A stretch of 64,000 nucleotides of DNA from positions 69,254,001-69,318,000 of the forward strand of contig OX597830.1 in the NCBI GenBank assembly GCA_951406725.2, given 5' to 3'. Of the stretch, positions 61,560 to 64,000 are shown one piece after another. Under the pieces are notes generated by a model. The model saw only the letters and a list, made by a program, of their open reading frames with translations, was not told the DNA's origin and made no database searches. Position numbers and translations under genes: made by a program. The stretch is from Octopus vulgaris (Eukaryota). The first letter of the stretch is position 1; every line of letters begins with the position of its first letter.

Positions 61560-62041
61560 ATCATCATCATCATCACCGTTTAACATCCACTTTCCATGCT
61601 AGCGTGGGTTGGATGATTTTGACTGAGGGCTGGCGAACCCGATGGTTGCACCAGGCTCCAATCTTGATCTGGCAGAGTTTCTACAGCTGGATGCCCTTCC
61701 TAACACCAACCACTCTGAGAGTGTAGTGGGTGCTTCCCTTTTTGTTTTATATATGTATGTTTGCATGTGTGTGTGTGGGGGGGGCATACAGATAACTATA
61801 TATATATATATATTTATTACCCACAGGGGTCTAAACAAAGAGGGGACCGACATGACCAGACAAAGGAATTATGTTGATTACATCAACCCCAGTACATAAC
61901 TGGTATTTATTCAGTCAACCCCCCAAAAGGATGAAAGGCAAAGTCGATCTCGGTGGAATTTGAACTCAGAACATAAAGACAGACAAAATACCGTTATGCA
62001 TTTTGTCTGGCGTGCTAATGATTCTGCCAGCTCACCTTATA

Positions 62042-62085
<44 letters not shown>

Positions 62086-62250
62086 TGGAGGTGCATGGCT
62101 TAGTGGTTAGGGTGTTGGAGTTCTGATCATGAGTTCATGGCTTTCATTCATGGATCGGACAATGCATTGTATTCTTTGAGACAAATCATTTTATTTCACG
62201 TTGCCCCAGTCCACTCAGCTGGCAAAAATGAGTAATCCAGTAAGGAATAT

Positions 62251-62286
<36 letters not shown>

Positions 62287-62764
62287 GTTTAACGTCTGTT
62301 TTCCATGCTGGCATGGGTTGGAGGGTTTGACTGATGTCTGGGAAGCCATTGGCTGCACCAGGCTCCGATCTGATTTTGCAATGTTTCTACAGCTGATGTC
62401 CTTCCTAATGCCAATCACTCTGAGAGTGAGTGGATGTTTTACATGCCACCAGCATGTCAGGAGCCAGTCAGGTGGACCTGGCATCGACCATGTTGGATGG
62501 TGCTTTTTACATGCCACCAGCATGGGAGCCAACCAGAGAGCTCTGGCATTGACCACTTTTGGATGTTGCAGACCAGACAAACTGGAAAACTGGTTCTGTG
62601 CTCCTTACTGAGTTTTGTGGACTAACCATATTAATATATCACCGTGATCACCGTGACTGACCAGGCTATCAGATTTTGCTACACATCGCTGGTCACAATG
62701 CGCTTCGCATGGTTTTAGCCTTCAAGTGACGCCACCCACTGGCTAAGCAAGCAGGCCAATATTA

Positions 62765-62803
<39 letters not shown>

Positions 62804-62815
62804 AACACACACATA

Positions 62816-62869
<54 letters not shown>

Positions 62870-62879
62870 AACAAACACA

Positions 62880-62922
<43 letters not shown>

Positions 62923-63622
62923 TCATCATCATCATTATCATCTGTGAATGCACATGGTTCAGTGGTTAGAGCGTTGATCTTACGATTGTGAGGTTGTGAG
63001 TTTGAATCCTGGACCGGGCTGCATGTTGTGTTCTTGAGCAAGACACTTTATTTCATGTTGCTCCAGTTCACTCAACTGTAGAAATGATTTACAATGTCAC
63101 TGATGCCAAGCTGTATCGGCCTTTGCCTTTCCTTTGGATAACACTGGTGGCATGCAGAGGGGAGGCCGGTATGCATGAGCGACTGCTGGTTTTCCATAAA
63201 CAACCTTTGCACAGACTTGTACCTCAGAGGGTAACTTTCTAGGTGCAATCCCATGGTCAGTCATGACCGAAGGGGGTCTCAGCATATCATCATCATCATC
63301 ATTTAACATCCATTATCCATGCTGGTATGGGCTGGATGGCTTAACCCAGGCTAGTAAGATGGAAGGCTACACCAGACTCCAATCTGTTTTGGCATGGTTT
63401 CTATGGCTGGATGCCCTTCCTAATGCCAACCACTCTAAGAGTGTAATGGGTGCTTTATACGTTCTACTGACACTGGTGCAGTTTGTGTGACACCAGTATC
63501 TACCACGCCTGTGGTTTTACTTGGCTTGGTGGGTCTTCTTCTCAAGCTTGGCATAATGACAAAAGCCCAACACCCAAGGCACAGCATAATGCCAAATGGT
63601 CTCAGTCCTTGCCTCTGTATGA

Positions 63623-63657
<35 letters not shown>

Positions 63658-63830
63658 TGTGTGCATGTCTTTGAGTCTATGTTTGCCCCCACCATCACCT
63701 GACAGCCAGTGTTGGTGCCTACGTCCCCATATCTTAGCAGTTCAGCAAAAGGAGACCAATGAAATAAGTACCTGGCTTAAAATGAAAATAATAAAGACTA
63801 GGATCGATTCATTCAACTAAAATTCTTCAA
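61560..63830. mobile_element. Cluster of decayed SINEs and microsatellites
   Basis: tRNA-like heads at ~62085 (tggcttagtggttag) and ~62950 (tggttcagtggttagagcg...gagtttgaatcct). (CAT)n-tailed minus-strand SINEs at 61560, 62250 and 63285. Confidence 0.7.
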
Positions 63831-64000
63831 AGTAAAAGATTCAAAAGGAAAAAGATATATATATGACAGTTGCTGCGTCTCTACACTTGATGATGGTGTG
63901 CAGCTCAGTGCAATCTTAGGTGCACTGTTTCCTTTAAGCTGTGCACTTGCTCATGTGCATGCATATTTTATGCCTAATGTACAAAAGATAATAATTGTGT

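Noticed and set aside
62085-62160. tRNA gene
   Set aside because: It is a decayed tRNA-like SINE head followed by SINE body, with no full cloverleaf.

Overview
AT-rich, microsatellite-dense eukaryotic DNA. The SINE families and repeat style resemble Octopus, but that is recognition from memory, not a database result. I found no intact host protein-coding gene, rRNA, tRNA or CRISPR array, and most listed ORFs are microsatellite translations. The left 37.5 kb is built from large segmental repeats. Unit A (~6.4-6.5 kb) occurs at 1-6010, 22314-28723 and 28724-35244, with Helitron-free partial copies at ~20170-22313 and 35245-~37490. Unit B (~2.8 kb) is a direct repeat at 6011-8761 and 13328-16139. 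Unit A is a ~3.4 kb backbone carrying a hammerhead-ribozyme (HHR) motif and a tRNA-derived SINE, plus a ~3 kb non-autonomous Helitron that contains a piggyBac deletion derivative and a SINE. The right 26 kb is decayed transposons: RTE LINEs (one with a 1.8 kb internal inversion), R4/Dong-type LINEs, Penelope-like elements with HHR motifs, a Helitron PIF1 helicase remnant, tandem Helitrons, a mariner derivative and SINEs. The most interesting signals are the HHR motif repeated once per macro-repeat unit, several canonical and non-canonical hammerhead-shaped folds, and filled versus empty Helitron sites within one array. None of this proves a new biological system.
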